Part shown: positions 49,701 through 61,700 of the stretch, in pieces
Layout of the letters: each line of letters opens with the position of its first letter
How positions within the stretch are numbered: the first letter of the stretch is position 1
Assembly: GCF_964204645.1 (NCBI RefSeq)
Contig: NC_134026.1
Location: 7,401,950 to 7,465,949 of the forward strand
Origin: Tubulanus polymorphus
Lineage: Eukaryota > Animalia > Nemertea
DNA: 64,000 bases
Reading direction: 5' to 3'
The notes under the pieces: generated by a model
What the model saw: only the letters and a program-made list of their open reading frames with translations
Told to the model about the DNA's origin: nothing
The model's database searches: none
Program-made: the position numbers and the translations under genes

Positions 49701-52700
49701 TACATTTTCTATTAAAAACACAATTGGGATTTGAAACCGGGCCTCTCGCCTGCCTGCCTAGTACCTAACCAACTAGACAACCCTGTTCTCGTAACTGAAA
49801 GTATGAGTTATTCTGGTTCGCTGTGGTGACCCAATTAGCTGTGGTGACCAGCCCGGTGTGGTTACTGGTGACCAGTTAGTTGTAGTGACACTGCTGTCAT
49901 TCTCCGTTTCGATCAGGCTCGTTAAGGGCATTGTCTGGCGCTTTCATGACGTGTAATTTTCCATCAAATCTAAAATCAATTTCCTGTGTCTCCGTCTGCC
50001 TGTTGTATAGTTATAAAACTAATTACTATTTGAGATATAAAACGTTATCAATAAAAACTAATTATGAATTTTTCTGCAGAATCTAAATTATTTCCCCAAT
50101 AAAATCAATAACAATAAATACAGAATCCGCCTTATTGATAATAGATACTGCAGTTATATCAATTAATGGGAGGAAATCTTAGAATGTCTCAACTTCATTG
50201 AATAAAGGGAAACTTGCTGCCTAAGATGTTGCAGTTGTGGTGATCATTATGACCGAAAATACATATTTTTGGTATTACTTAAAAGGATATATCAAAATTG
50301 AATTAAAAATTGAGATTCAAAACCAGAGACTACTTCAGTAACGTGACAACTTATCAGATGACGATTTAAGCAAGAAAATTTTTTATGTAATTTATGAATA
50401 TAAAGCTTATTTAAGTCATTTTGACTCTGTATTTAATTTCAATTTTCATTAAGTCATGATTTATTCATTACCATTCCTGAATTTTTTAGTCGGGTCTGTT
50501 GCCAGAATAGCACAATTCTTTCACTCAACTGCCCGATTATCTGTAGAATTAAACTGCCCAACTTTCTGTAGAAATTAAACTTTATTTTGTGATATTTATT
50601 TTTGGGTTTCCAGCATCAGCAACACATTTATATTTCACTCACTGATTTATTTGATGATATTTTTTTTGGATAAAGGTACCGAGAGTTTGAGCAGTAACAG
50701 CAGCAAAGATGTCAGCCCGAGCCCGCGCAGTCACAGCCCGAGCCCGGCAACTGCCGATACCAATAAATCGGAACCAATCGAAGAGAAACCGCCGGAAAAA
50801 CGAGAAATACTGAAATCGGAAAAACGCCAATCGGCGGAAATTAAAGAAAGACGACTTTCTGTCGATGTTTCTAAAGAGAAGCGAATGTCTTTAGCTCAGG
50901 TACATTAGTTCAACAGTATATTTAGCAGATCCTATGTTACTGGGATATACGACCTAATCAATCAAGATTTCACTCCTTATACTTGGACAAAAGATCAGAC
51001 TTGAGCAACGGGTATTTACTATAACTGTAACTGAGATTGATTGATCATTGATTCTGTTGACCAGTGCTTAACCCTTTCGGTGCTGACTAATTAATACCAT
51101 AAAATGCTGGAGATAATTTGAAAATGTTTGAAAAATTCCAGCCCAGTGCATCAAATAACAAGCATCAGCTATAATGCATCTACACCACAGTGCGGTGTAT
51201 CGTTAGTTACTTATATATATCTGTGTTTGATGCTGCAATCTTTCATTAGAGATAAAAACGTTTACGAAATACATCAATACACCGCACTGCGGTGTACTAG
51301 CAAGGTCCATCACTGATTTGTATACCACAATGCGAAGTAGACAACGCACTGAAAGGGTTGAAGATCAAACTTGAACAAGGCATTTACTTACTATAACTAT
51401 ATAGATATCGGTACTTAACCCTTTCGCTACGTACACGCTTGCACCGCCGCGTACGTAAGGTATTTTCCGAAAAATTCGATTTTTTTCAAATTGTTTTTAA
51501 CCCCGATTTTTCGCGTTTTTATCGAAGATTATGATGTTATTTAGTGAAAATCAGTAAAAAATCATACCAACAGCCTTTTCTGTAGGGGGGGGGGGTCGTG
51601 TTGGGGGGGGGGGTCAGGATGGGTTAGAAATTTTTTTTTTTCAGTTCGTCCCAAGAGTCGTCTCCGCCCAGTCCGAAATCACCCCCGTCATCTAAATCGT
51701 CATCTTCATTGTCGCCGTCGGCGTAAATCTTGCCTAAAACTTGATTAGCACTGAAAACTTTCTTTCGAGCAGCCATCTCAATCCCGCGCAAATTACCATG
51801 TGCTCAACAGGCTGACAGCACCAACTACTGACGCATTTTCGCCATCTGTTGTTTAGAAAGCTAACTATCTTGTCTTACATGCGTTTCCACACTGTTTGCT
51901 GTGTACGCGTTCGAGTTATAAATCAATAGGTGCATGACGTTTCTACAACGTCATACGCACAGCACGTGTCACTCATATGACGTTTCCAAAACGTCACACG
52001 TAGCAAAAGGGTTAAGGACAATATTTGTCCAAGTTAAAAGAGTGAAATCATTATTTCATTAATGAAATAATGAAGCGTTTAAAAGTTAATGTATATGATA
52101 AGTCTGTATTCAATTAAATGATATTGCCTGAAAAAGAAATTTTTAGATATTTCTGAATTGATGTATATCTATCTCATTGTCGATCCATCAGTGAAAATAT
52201 TGTGAGGACGGTGTTTGAAAATTGATCCTTTGAGCGAGATGAATATAAAAAATGCTATTGCATCTGGAAAACAACATCATTTAAATGAAACGGAAACTAA
52301 AACTGCATGTATTGATAATTGTGTGGCATTGAAAGTAAAAGAAGATGATTTGAATGATATGTTTATGTGTTACAGGCTGCTGCAGCTGATGTCAGTGTTA
52401 TGAATATCGCCGATCAATCTCAAACATTACAACATATACAAGAGATTGACAATCTGAGATCTGAAGTGAAAGATTTAGAGGAAAAATTAGAGACGATTAA
52501 AGTGAAACGAGCTGAAGATAAAACGAAAATTAAAGAGTATGAGAAAACGAAGATACAGTTACAACAGGTGAATATAGGGGTATGACTGGATGTCTTTACC
52601 GGGGAGGAGGGTCTATACCAGGCTAGAGGTGTCTATACTAGGGGAGGGTGTCTATACCAGGGTAGAGGTCCGTGCCAGGGTAGAGGTGTCTATACTAGGG

Positions 52701-55700
52701 TAGAGAATGGTGTGTATACCAGGGTAGTGGTATCTATACCAGGGATAACCGAGGGGTGCCTATATGTAGGGATGTAAGTGTTGTAGACTCACTCAGGTCT
52801 AGAGGGGTCTATCTAAAAGTCTTAGTGAAAGTGGAGGTCTTATCTAATGCTCTAAAGGATGGGTGTGTTTATATAGAGGTATATAAGTATAGAGCGTTTT
52901 AGTGACTTTACATGGTACTTTAATCGTCTACAGGTTCTATAGGGTGCCTATTTAGGTCTGTCTAGCTGGTCAGAATAGCTGTAGCGTTCTTTAATAGTTT
53001 AGATTTCTCGATACCGATCTATAGGAAGAGATGTGCTGTGGTTTTATAGACTGAGCATCAAAGTTATCTGTGATATACCAGATATAACTTACTGTTAAAG
53101 CATCCATGAAAATAATTCACGTAGTAGCATGCAATTATTGTAGTAGCACCCAATCTATGAAACTCAGGATCAAGAAAGCCATGTTTAATGTACAAATGTT
53201 ACATTACAATTTGTCAATGAGATTTTTCTATTACATGTACGTTTGATTAAAAGTTACAAGAATACAAGCAGAAAATGCAGGAATCGCAGAGAGAAATACA
53301 ACATCAGTTACAACTAGCTAAGAAAGAGACTAAAGATGTGACGGATGCGTTTGATCGATACAAAGAAGACATGTCTGATTTATCGGAAACCGTAGAAATG
53401 GCGACACTTGATAAAGAAATGGCTGAAGAAAAGGTAATAACATATAAATTATTTCTTTAAGTTCAAATATTAATCTACGCAGGTCCCAGTTCCACAGTTG
53501 TGAAAGAATGCATCCTCCCCCAGCAAGGATTCGAACTTGATGGCATCGCTAGATTCAGCCACAGCACAAAACCCTGCCACCCTAGATCTTGATGCCATCA
53601 AGTGAGAATCCCTGCCCGGGAGGATGGAAAAATTGGGACTCATAAGTTGGAAAACATTGAAAATGAACTTTTTAAATTCTAGAATCTTATCAGAGGACTG
53701 TAGAACTGGATCCAGTCCAACAGATCTCGGTTAAGATTTGACTTTAGAGTTAAAACATTTGAAATAGACTTGTCTTATCTCAATAGTGTCAAACCTTAAC
53801 TGAACCAGGTTCTGATGTAAAACCCTAATCCTCAACTTGTGGAATTGAATCCAGAATTAAATCATTATGATGCTGATATAAATGAGCTATTGTTTTGTTT
53901 TCTCGTAGTGTGAAACTTTACAAATGGAACTGGAAACTTTAAAAGAGAAAAACGAAGAACTAACTTTAGATCTTGAGATCATCAAACAAGAAATTTCTGA
54001 TGCAGGTAAAACTTGTTTTTCTAAAGTCAGGGGTAGATATTGATTGGTGCTTGATGTTTACGATCTATTTCACTGTAGGTTCTGATGGCGCTGCTACTAA
54101 TTACCAAGTGAAACAACTTGAACAACAAAATGAAAGATTGAAAGATGCTTTAGTCAAGTAAGTTATAGAAACTCATAGAAATCTAGTCTCACCACTGGCG
54201 ATAAGTGAGGGACAAGTTGTTTTAAGCTACCTTCAGTAAGAATTTGAAATTCTGTTGCGATCAATAAGGGATGAGGGGTGAGGAATACTTAAAGTTTCAA
54301 GGTCAAGGTCAAGGTGAAACTGAATTCGAAGGTTTCATTAGTACCATTTCAATGATGACATTGAAATAGAGAGTTACATTTTGAGTTAAGGAAACAACCC
54401 GGTCTTATTTAATACCATTACCAGTAACATTTAGTGTAAAAAGTAGCCGTGTTAACCTGAAATAATTAAAAGGAGATGGATAGTACTTTATAGGTGTGAC
54501 TTCTTTATTTGAAGTACAAGTTTTCCAGCTAATGTATTTAGTAGCTTCATCAGGTGAATGAGATATGATGATCAACTCTTTCCTGGGGTTATTTTCACTC
54601 ATTCACCTGATGAAGCTGGAATCGTACGTAAATTTATGAGAAGTCTGTCACAATCTGCCTTTATTTTAACAGGTAGCATCTAATTTCACCTCATCTCCTG
54701 ATTCCACTCTGGATTATTTTAAATTCTGTCCATGTATTTCAAAATAAATTCCGTTCATAGATACAGAAACGTCCAAATCTTTCGCAATTCACATCCGTAC
54801 AGTGACACATTATATGAATGATAAAAATCAAACATAATCTTTCTCAGTTCAGAAACTGCACGCGAGCACTTAACACTGACCAATCAGATGACAGTATCAG
54901 TTGTACGAGAGAGAAAGCTGATTTAATAATGCTTCAACAATAGAATTCAAATCGTTCGTTCACAAACGGACTTATTCATGACAGTGCAAATAATGATAAT
55001 CAATTTCCTCAATTTCATGTTTTGTATCGACGAGTTTTTATCAAATTGTAGATGAATTAAGATGATTAGTAGAGGAGCTGAGTTAACCTGGTGTAGAATA
55101 AGTAAAATGAGACATGTAGTACTTTATAGGTGTGACTTGTTTATTTGAATTGATTACTATTTAAATGGGTTTTTTTCTTTTTACGTCAGAATGAGAGATC
55201 TGTCGAATCAAGAGAAACAAGAAGCTTTAAGAATGAATAAACTGATTGAGAAAAGCGCAGCGGATATCAGTAGTCTGACTAAAGATAAAGAGAAATCCGC
55301 GGGAGAGATCAAAGAGTTACAGAATCAGATGGTCGAATTGAAGGAGCAAGTAGACGCGGCTTTAGGTGCCGAGGAGATGGTCGAGCAGTTATCGGATAAA
55401 ATATTCAAATTTGAAGAGAGAATCGCTGAGTTGGAAGAGGAGAAATCTGATCTGGTAAGACCAGAAAGAACTGTCTGTAGTTTCATACAGTAAAGTTTTC
55501 TATTATACTAAAAGTCAATGTCATATTGTAGGAACCAGTCTCACAGTCGATAGTTAAGAAATAAACTAATTCTAATTCTAAACAACTGTTGAACTGGATC
55601 CAGATCTTTATCAGGGTTATGGGGTTAACATGAGGTTACTAGGCTCTGAGTTAAGCTCTGTATGAACCAATTGTAAAGTGAAGGCCTAGATTTAGGACCA

Positions 55701-58700
55701 GAATAAGCTCATCTTGGTTCCTCCAGCTTACGTAGTTCAATGTTACTTGAAATTGAAGGTCATAGATCAGGACCCTGTTTAAACATTGGAAATGAATAGA
55801 TTTAGCAGTAGCGTCAATTCTAAGCGACAACTTCAGAACTGGATCCAAAACAATATTGTAATAGGGATAACACGAAGGTACTTGGTTCTGGGTTAAGCAA
55901 AGTGAATCAAGACTTAGATTTTAAGGCCAGTATAAAACCATTTTATGTTCTAGGGTCAATCTAACAAGACTAATCTTATGATTTTAGACCATCTTTGGAC
56001 TTTTGTCTTGACTGTGTGACTGGGCCTGGAGTTTTAAAACTATGTTTTATGTTTGAAATTGTTTCCGGAGTTAACCCTCGTGGCGTGATGTGTTTTGTGT
56101 TTGTAGGAAGCGCTGTGTGATATGAATGAAGAGCTACAAGAGAACACGCATGAAACTGAACTAGAACTGAGAGAAGAGTTGGATCTCGCTTCAATGAAAG
56201 TTTCTGAGGTAACTTACTCATCGTCGAAATCTCCGTCAGCTGGCGTCCCAGGACAGACAGCATTCTGTACGCACGATCTTAAATGGATGTTGAATGTTTT
56301 TATTGTAGTCTCATCGTAAAGTTGAAGGGATGCAGGAAACACTCGCCGATTACGAGAATACGATCACTAAATTCAGAGATCTCGTCGCTAAGTTACAGGT
56401 GAGAGAAATCAATCTGGGATTGGAGTCGTTTAAAAGTTGTTTTAAGTTGAACAGTAAATAGTAGACTCAGTGTGACGATTAATATTGCATTTTAACCATG
56501 ATAACCATAATTGTACTCGACTTTTGTGCAACTGACCCCTGTTTTAACTGACACCAGTAGATTTAATTTGAACCTGCGTATGTTTGAAACTGTATATTTG
56601 TGATGATGTATTCCAGGATGATAACCGTGTATTGAGAGCCAATTCACAAGTTGATATCCCTAAAGGCGAAACTCCTACCATTGAAATATTTGATTTCAAA
56701 GCGAAATTTGCCGAAACTAAAGCTTCTGCGAAGGTAAGTTATACTAAACCATTATCTAAGTAGATATAGCTGGAATATCACTGATGTATCCAGTTTTGCA
56801 AATGTTCAGTGATAGTGTAACCCTGAACCCAGTTCCACAGTTATGAGACTTAAAATCTGATTGAAAATTATTTCATTTTCGTTTACTCCAAAATTAATTC
56901 AGATGAACTGTGGAACCGGTAATTTGTGCACAGTGGCTTAGTAGGTTAAACTATTAGACACTGGTCCTTTAGAGATCCAGGGTTTGAAATCTTATGGTGG
57001 CAGAGTTTCTTGGGTCTTAGGAGATTCCTATTTGTGCTCTCCCTCCGCCTGTGAGATGGACAAAGAAACCTCAAACGAGTTAATCATGCCCTCTCTGCGT
57101 GGTGCTCAGCAGTTTGAGGGGAACCTGATAATAATGCCCTCCCCCTGACTGGTGGTGCTCAGCAGGTTGAAGGATAAGATAGACAAGTTTGATAAACGAA
57201 CTGTTTGTTACTGTTTTCTAGGCAATAGATATGGAATTACGGAAATTAGACGTGGACCAAGCGAATCAACACGTTCAATTCCTCAGTAGTTTCATGCCTG
57301 ATTCATTTATGAGACGAGGCAGTGACCACGACGCTATTCTACTACTGTTACTCATACCAAGGCTTATCTGTAAGGCTGAAGTGTTAGCCAATCAGCTGAG
57401 AGAGAAGTTTGAAATCCCCGACGAGTTAACGAGAGATGATGTAGTTAAAAGTAACAGAGCGGAACAATTCTGCTTCAGCAGAAATCTCATTTATATGCTG
57501 CGTATTTTACAGAGTATTTTACATCAGTATGAAAGGTGAGTCGCACTTGAAACTAAAACTTGTCAACTAACAATCTCCATTCCTGCTGTCATTACAATTA
57601 CAGTGTTTCTGATAGTGTCAGTTGTGTTTTTAGATAGATTTCCAGTTTAAAAGCGGATTATTGTTTGAAATCTTATGACATATCATTGATTTGAGAATTC
57701 TCTAGATAGCAGGACCCATTTCCACAGTTGTGAGTTAAAACATGAACTGATTTTAACCCTTTCAGTGCTGACTAATTAATACCCTATAGTGCTGGAGAAA
57801 ATTTGAAAATTCTAAAAAAATTCCACCCTAGTGTGTTGAACAATGGGAATACCACTATAGTGCGTCTACACCGCAGTGCAGTGTATCGTTAGTTACTAGT
57901 ATTTCACTATGTTTGACACTTGCTGCCATTTTTCAATAGAGATAATTACAAATTACTAATTACATCAATACACCGCAGTGCGGTGTACTAGCAAAATCCA
58001 TCACTGATTTATACACTGCACTGCGGTGTAGACGCACTGAAAGGGTTAAGTTTAGATTCAAATTCAACTACAAACTGTGGAACTGACTCTCAGAATTCAC
58101 GTTTGATAAAGATGCAATGATGATTTGTATTTGTAGTGCTCTGAATTCGTGTAGCGTCGAACAGTTTCTGAAGATTGGTACTCTGTTGCCGGAGTTGGCG
58201 ATTCATGAGAAACCTCTTGATTTCCTGATTGATTTACTGCGTAAAGATCAACTCGATGAGACTCAATCTCTTGATCAACTTGACAAATCTATTCAATATT
58301 TCCAGGTGAGTTTTACATTCTATCCACTGATCTATTGAGGGGGCAATGCTGTGTCATTGCGATATCTCATGAGATATTACGGTATCTTGTCGGATGTTTA
58401 GATATCTCATGGGATATTGCGATATCTTATTGCATATTGAGATATCTTGCCGGATATTGTGATATCTCATGGGATATGTTGATATCTTATTGGGTATTGA
58501 GATACCTGGTGATATATGGCGATATATCATGGAATAGCAAGATCTTGTGTGATATCTCATGAGATCTAGTGATATCTCACGAGACATTTTGATATCTCAT
58601 GTGATAAAGTGATATGTTATGGGATATTGTGATATGCTATGGGATATTGTAATATCCTGTATGATATTGAGATATCTCAAGTGATATTGCGATATCTTTT

Positions 58701-61700
58701 GGGATAGTGTGATATCTCGTGGCATATTCTGATATCTCGAGGAATATTGAGTTATCTGGTGGGTGGGATATTGTGATGAATTAGAATAATGAAGATAGTG
58801 ATTATTATGTATATTTCAGCACTTGTATAGTGTGCACCTGGTGAATGAGCGAGTTGACTGTACATCGATGATGTCTGATCATGTTAAAGTCACTCAAGCA
58901 GCTTGTGACTCTATACACCTGGATATTACCCGATTGAAGCTGTTACTGACCGAGGGTCAGGAGATGACGGATATGGCGATTCTGCTGAAAGATCTCGATA
59001 AAATGAATGGCGAAATAAGAACCAGCGTTCGTAAAATAAAGCGTAGACTTCCGTCATCGGCTCAAGATCAATCAACACAACCGCTTTCATTCAGTAAAGA
59101 TGTACGTATCATAGCAACACACTCATAGCATCCAGTATTACAATTCAGGACCTACTTCAACAGTCCAGTTATCAGTTTGATAGTTCTGGACCCAGTTCCT
59201 ATCGAACTGGATCTCGTTTCTTTCTATTGAGGGTATTTCTTTGAAATTGTTTGCCACAAAAACTTAAGGGGTCGGGGGTCGTTTTAGCTGCTGACATGAT
59301 GTTTAATTTGAGTTCAGTTTTGGAGCTGTATAGAGAAAGCCTCGACTGACAGTAGATTTCAAAGTAGAAGTCAAATTTGACTGATATTTGTAGAACAGGA
59401 TCCAAGGTTCCACAATAAACCTTCTAAAATTCCTCAGGATATAACGACTGAGGTTTGTTACAATTTGTATGAAGATAAGTTCATTTGTTTATTCATAAAT
59501 GAAATCGTTATATGAATTGTTTTATGTCATGTTGTAGGTACGTAATACATTAGAACAGTGTATGAAGAACGTCAGTCGAGTCGTACAAACTCTACAGTTT
59601 ATCGGTGATGGATCGATGCAGTTAGCCGTGACATTGCAAGGTAAAATCTCTCCCCTTCACCTCTTTACTGTAAACCCCCCTTATAGCCCCTCTCCCCGCG
59701 CAGTATCTGTTGTAATCCCCACGTTGTAAACCAGTGTTTGTGAGAAGCAATATTTTCAGTTTTATTAAGTAAAATTCATTCATTCATTCATTGCTGCAGC
59801 ACTTTATAATTTAGCCTCAGTGCATCTTTAAACTACTAGCACACAGCAACCCTTCAGTCATGAGGGTCTCATCTCAGTTCAGGGTTTGAGGTGGGGGTAG
59901 AGGATTTCAAAGAGGGTTTGTTAGTTCAGATTTCTATCTCATTGTTTTGAGTTATGATTTTATGTATATTTTATTATCATTATTGACATGTAGTTTAATG
60001 TCTGATTTTGCCCACAGAGGGAGCTCACTCTAGTAAAGGTACCATCATGTTTTTGACGCATGTTGAAAATTAACCCTGATTAAATCACCACGAGCTACTA
60101 CTATAATCATATATCGTTCCTGATTCTGTCTAATTCTGTCCAAATCTGTCTAATTCTATCCAGCCGATGTTTTTAGTAGAATGTTATATCTGCGCTTTAA
60201 TTGAATTTGATTGAAACTGTTGCGTTCTGCTGCTGCGTTGCTATGCAATAATCTCTCATTCGTAACTATGCAATTGCTTCCATGGTAACATATATTTGCA
60301 TGTTGCTTGACTCGGCACAAACTACAGACCTCGTTCAGTAAATAGGTTTTCATTTTACTCAAGTCGAATTCAAAGTCAGTTATTTTAAGATACGTGTAGA
60401 TCATAAAGATGTTTATATCGATAAACTGTAAAAATAAAGTGAATAAGAAGTGAGCTGCATATGTTGTCATAACAAGAGTAAATGGATTTACCTCAAACTC
60501 TCATCAAGTGCAGATGAATTAATGCATGCTTGCTTTTGATATTCTGATTTTAGCGACATCCTTTGATGGTAGGATTTTATGATGATTGCTTATTTTTACA
60601 AGATTTTATTTAGAAGCTTTTGTCTTGAAATATTATTCCAATATCTCTAGATATGAGTGCGATGTCTTGTGGGCTATTGCGATAAATCATTGGATATTGC
60701 AATATCTCACGGAATATTGCGATATTTTCAGGGTTATTGCAATAACTCATTGGATGTGGCGATATCTAACGGAATATTGCAATATTTTCAGGGGTATTGT
60801 GATGTTTTCATGGGATATGTTGGTATCTCAAGGATATTACAATATCTGGACGAATATTGCAATATCATGTGAGATTTCGTGATATCCTGAGGGATATTGA
60901 GATACCTCGTGCGATGTAGCGATAACTCAATGGATATTGTAATATCTCATTCTGATATCTTGAGGAATATTGCAATATCTTGTGGGATAAATGAAGAAAT
61001 CCCACACTTCGAATTAAATCATACGATAGAATTTATTGTTATGGTTTCAAAATAATAAATTCTATCGTATGATTTAATTTGAAGTGTGGGATTTCTTCAT
61101 TTATCTACCGTGTACATGGATTATAGCGTTTATTCTTGTGATGTCTCAAGAGATATTGAGATATTTGGGACATCTTTTGAGATATTTGAGATATCTCATG
61201 AGTCTATCTGCTGCTAGTGAACTGTGCTTTCAATTGTTTCTGTACTTAATAAATACAGGGTTTTATCTTGTTTGTGTCTGCACAAAAAAAAACTGTAAAA
61301 CGTTTATTGAAACAAAAAGAGAAATTGAGCTTTCATTGTTTGAAAGGTTTCTATTTGTATCAGTTGTGCGTAGTGAAATATCTTCGAGATTTTTGAAATT
61401 CATATTTTATCTGTGTAGTATAGTTAGATCAGAGGCTTTTTTAGTTGAAATATTAACTAATCAGTCCTGGTGGTATTTTACGAAATAGTAGCTGTGTGTA
61501 TATATGAAATTTTTCTATGCGCTATAGTCTATAGTGTCGGTATTCGGGTTGAGATATTGATTATTTTGTTGTTTCATGTTTCAGATGGTGAAGGGTTAAT
61601 GGCTAATAAACTAGAATCGATGGCTTTCGTCGCGACGAATAAAATCTACGAAAGAGAAAACACCGGACCTTACGAGTGTGTCAGGTATATACAAACTCTT

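Noticed and set aside
60328-60345. 18-nt microexon candidate after actacag
   Set aside because: It contains an in-frame TAA and has a weak donor; it cannot be supported except as a speculative poison exon.
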